Positions 62,130-64,000 of a stretch of 64,000 nucleotides of DNA are shown one piece after another; positions within the stretch are counted from its first letter, which is position 1; the number at the start of each line of letters is the position of its first letter. Position numbers and translations under genes: made by a program. Origin of the DNA: Mobula hypostoma. Lineage: Eukaryota. The stretch lies in contig NC_086108.1 of assembly GCF_963921235.1 (NCBI RefSeq), forward strand, positions 24,552,001 to 24,616,000. Direction: 5' to 3'. Under the pieces are notes generated by a model that worked only from the letters and a program-made list of their open reading frames with translations, was not told where the DNA came from and did no database searches.

Positions 62130-62445
62130 GAGATGGGCAGCAGAGTGGCACCATAGTTAATGTTATTACAGCACAATTCCAATGAATTGGGTTCAAACCT
62201 GACCTCAGGTGTGACTGTATGGAATGAGCTCTGCAGATTTCTAAAGGTGCTCCAATTTTCTCCCACATGCTAGGGATGTACTAGTAGGTCAATTTGCTGC
62301 TCTATCTTGCCTGTAGAGTTAATGAGAGGCAGGCAAATTGGGAGAGAGTTGATGGGAAAATTGGTTTACAGTGAAATGAGTGGGAGAAATGGAACTGCTT
62401 TGAGAGCTAGCAAGACTTAATTGGCTAAATGGACTCCTCTGCATA
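62130..62445 (+). mobile_element. Degraded V-SINE
   Basis: tRNA-like head (GTGGCACCATAGTTAATG...GGGTTCAAACC) and GGTGCTCCAATTTTCTCCCACAT core. Confidence 0.6.
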
Positions 62446-62554
62446 ATAAAGGAACATGATTACATTTCCAAATAGAATGCGAAGATATACCATAGAAACA
62501 AATAACAGACTATTCAGACCCTTGCCCTGCTTTGCTCAAGTGATATATTTACAT

Positions 62555-63022
62555 TTGGTGCACAGTTGAGAGCATCCTGACTGGCTGCATCATTGCCTGG
62601 TGTGGGAACTGTACTTCTTTCAATCACAGGACTCTGCAGAGAATGGTGCAGACAGCCCAGCGCATCTGTAGATGTGAATTTCCCACTGTTCAGGACATTT
62701 ACAAAGACAGGTGTATAAAAAGGGCCTGAAGGACTCACCCTAACCACAAACTGCTCCAGCTGCTACCATCCAGGAAGTAGTACCGCAGCATTGAAGCCAG
62801 GACCAGCAGGGTCCAGGACAGCTTCTTCCACCAGGCCTTCAGACTGATTAATTCACACTGATAGAATTGTATTTCTTTGCTATATTGACTGTCCTGTTGT
62901 ACATATTACTTATTACAAATTACTATAAATTGCATGTTCAGATGGAGATGTAACATAAAGACTTTTACTCCATACGTACAGTATGTGAAAGATGTAAGAA
63001 ACAAAGTCAATTCAATCCAATT
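62555..63022 (+). mobile_element. Rex1 3' fragment, same family as 27561-29390
   Basis: Close similarity to 28925-29390, including the AAAGTCAATTCAAT tail. Confidence 0.9.
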
Positions 63023-64000
63023 ATAGCATGCTCCATTCTCCCTTTTCTTAATTCACTCCTGCTTTATCTCACACTTTCAACAATGTCTACTACCATTTAT
63101 CATTCATTCTCTCTTAGATTCCTGTGTTTCATTACCAACATTGTCTTTGACTTTCTACTCTTTCCACTTCCCTGCACTTGAAAAAAAGTAGAGTTCTAAT
63201 TTTGCCCGGATCTGGTAAGAGGTCATTGACCTAAAGCATTATCTCTGCATCTACCTAACGTTGCCTGACCTACTGAGTGTAGCAGCAGCATGAACAAACT
63301 TACACTGCTGCTGGAGATCTCACACAGGTTGTCAACCTGGGTGATGCACCTTCTGGTCAATCCAGTAAATTACCTTCCAAATACTCAAAGAAGTGTATTC
63401 GATCCTTTATTAGCAGCTAGCAAAACATACAGTCTTGAAGCGATGAAACTTAAAACATACTTGAGCAGACTTAAGCAAAGTTAAGCAGTCAACAAAAGAT
63501 ATGACACCCAACGTTTCCCAGCTCGAAACTGTCCAGAACAAATACATTGGCAGGGGTCCCAACCTGGGGTTCACAGACCCTTTCCTTAATGGTATTGCTC
63601 CATGGCGTAAAAAAGGGATGGGAATACCAGGTTTAAGGGGGAAAAGAGCAGTAGTTCTACCACGAGTGGAGTCATGGCTTCATTATAATGGGTAGAATGT
63701 TAAGTTCCATAAAAGTAAAAATATGGAACTTAGCTGTTTATAATGTCACTGGTTTACTGGCTCATAGTCCTCAACATGGTTAACAATAGATGACAGGATA
63801 ACGGCTGACTTTTGCACAGTCAGTGAGAGCAGGCAACCAGCATGATTGATGATACTGTTTATAAGTGACAGGGAAACCATTCCAAAAGATAACATGGGCA
63901 TCACAGAAAGTAATAGAAAAAGCATTGTTCCAGCAGTCTGAATAAAATGACATTATTGTAATGGTGCTGACTGCAAGGTGATTGGATGCCAATTTTCATG

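Noticed and set aside
1..64000. CRISPR arrays, prokaryotic operons, genuine tRNA or rRNA genes
   Set aside because: No regularly spaced repeat-spacer arrays were seen; tRNA-like segments are SINE heads; the sequence is vertebrate-like repeat DNA.

Overview
This is eukaryotic genomic DNA dominated by transposable elements, with no recognisable host protein-coding gene; the long ORFs I can assign all derive from transposons. The repeat mix (abundant CR1 LINEs, V-domain tRNA SINEs resembling shark/ray HE1, Rex1/Babar, RTE, Penelope-like elements) suggests a cartilaginous fish, possibly a ray; this is inference. Main elements: (1) a full-length, TSD-flanked L1 at 55769-61596 with intact ORF1 and an ORF2 carrying three lesions; (2) a young 5'-truncated CR1 at 51911-54965; (3) many older CR1, Rex1 and RTE relics; (4) an internally deleted Nimb-like LINE; (5) an internally deleted Gypsy element with both LTRs, PBS and PPT; (6) a Harbinger non-autonomous element and a Tigger/pogo-like element. 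The most striking feature is a family of Neptune-like Penelope (PLE) insertions carrying minimal hammerhead ribozymes. Four are TSD-flanked, head-to-head inverted insertions in which only one arm has a ~34-nt terminal tail. One of these is a 192-bp near-perfect hairpin broken inside the ribozyme. A fifth insertion is a 140-bp 'ribozyme + tail' mini-element that begins at an initiator-like TCAGTT. Coordinates of old relics are approximate.
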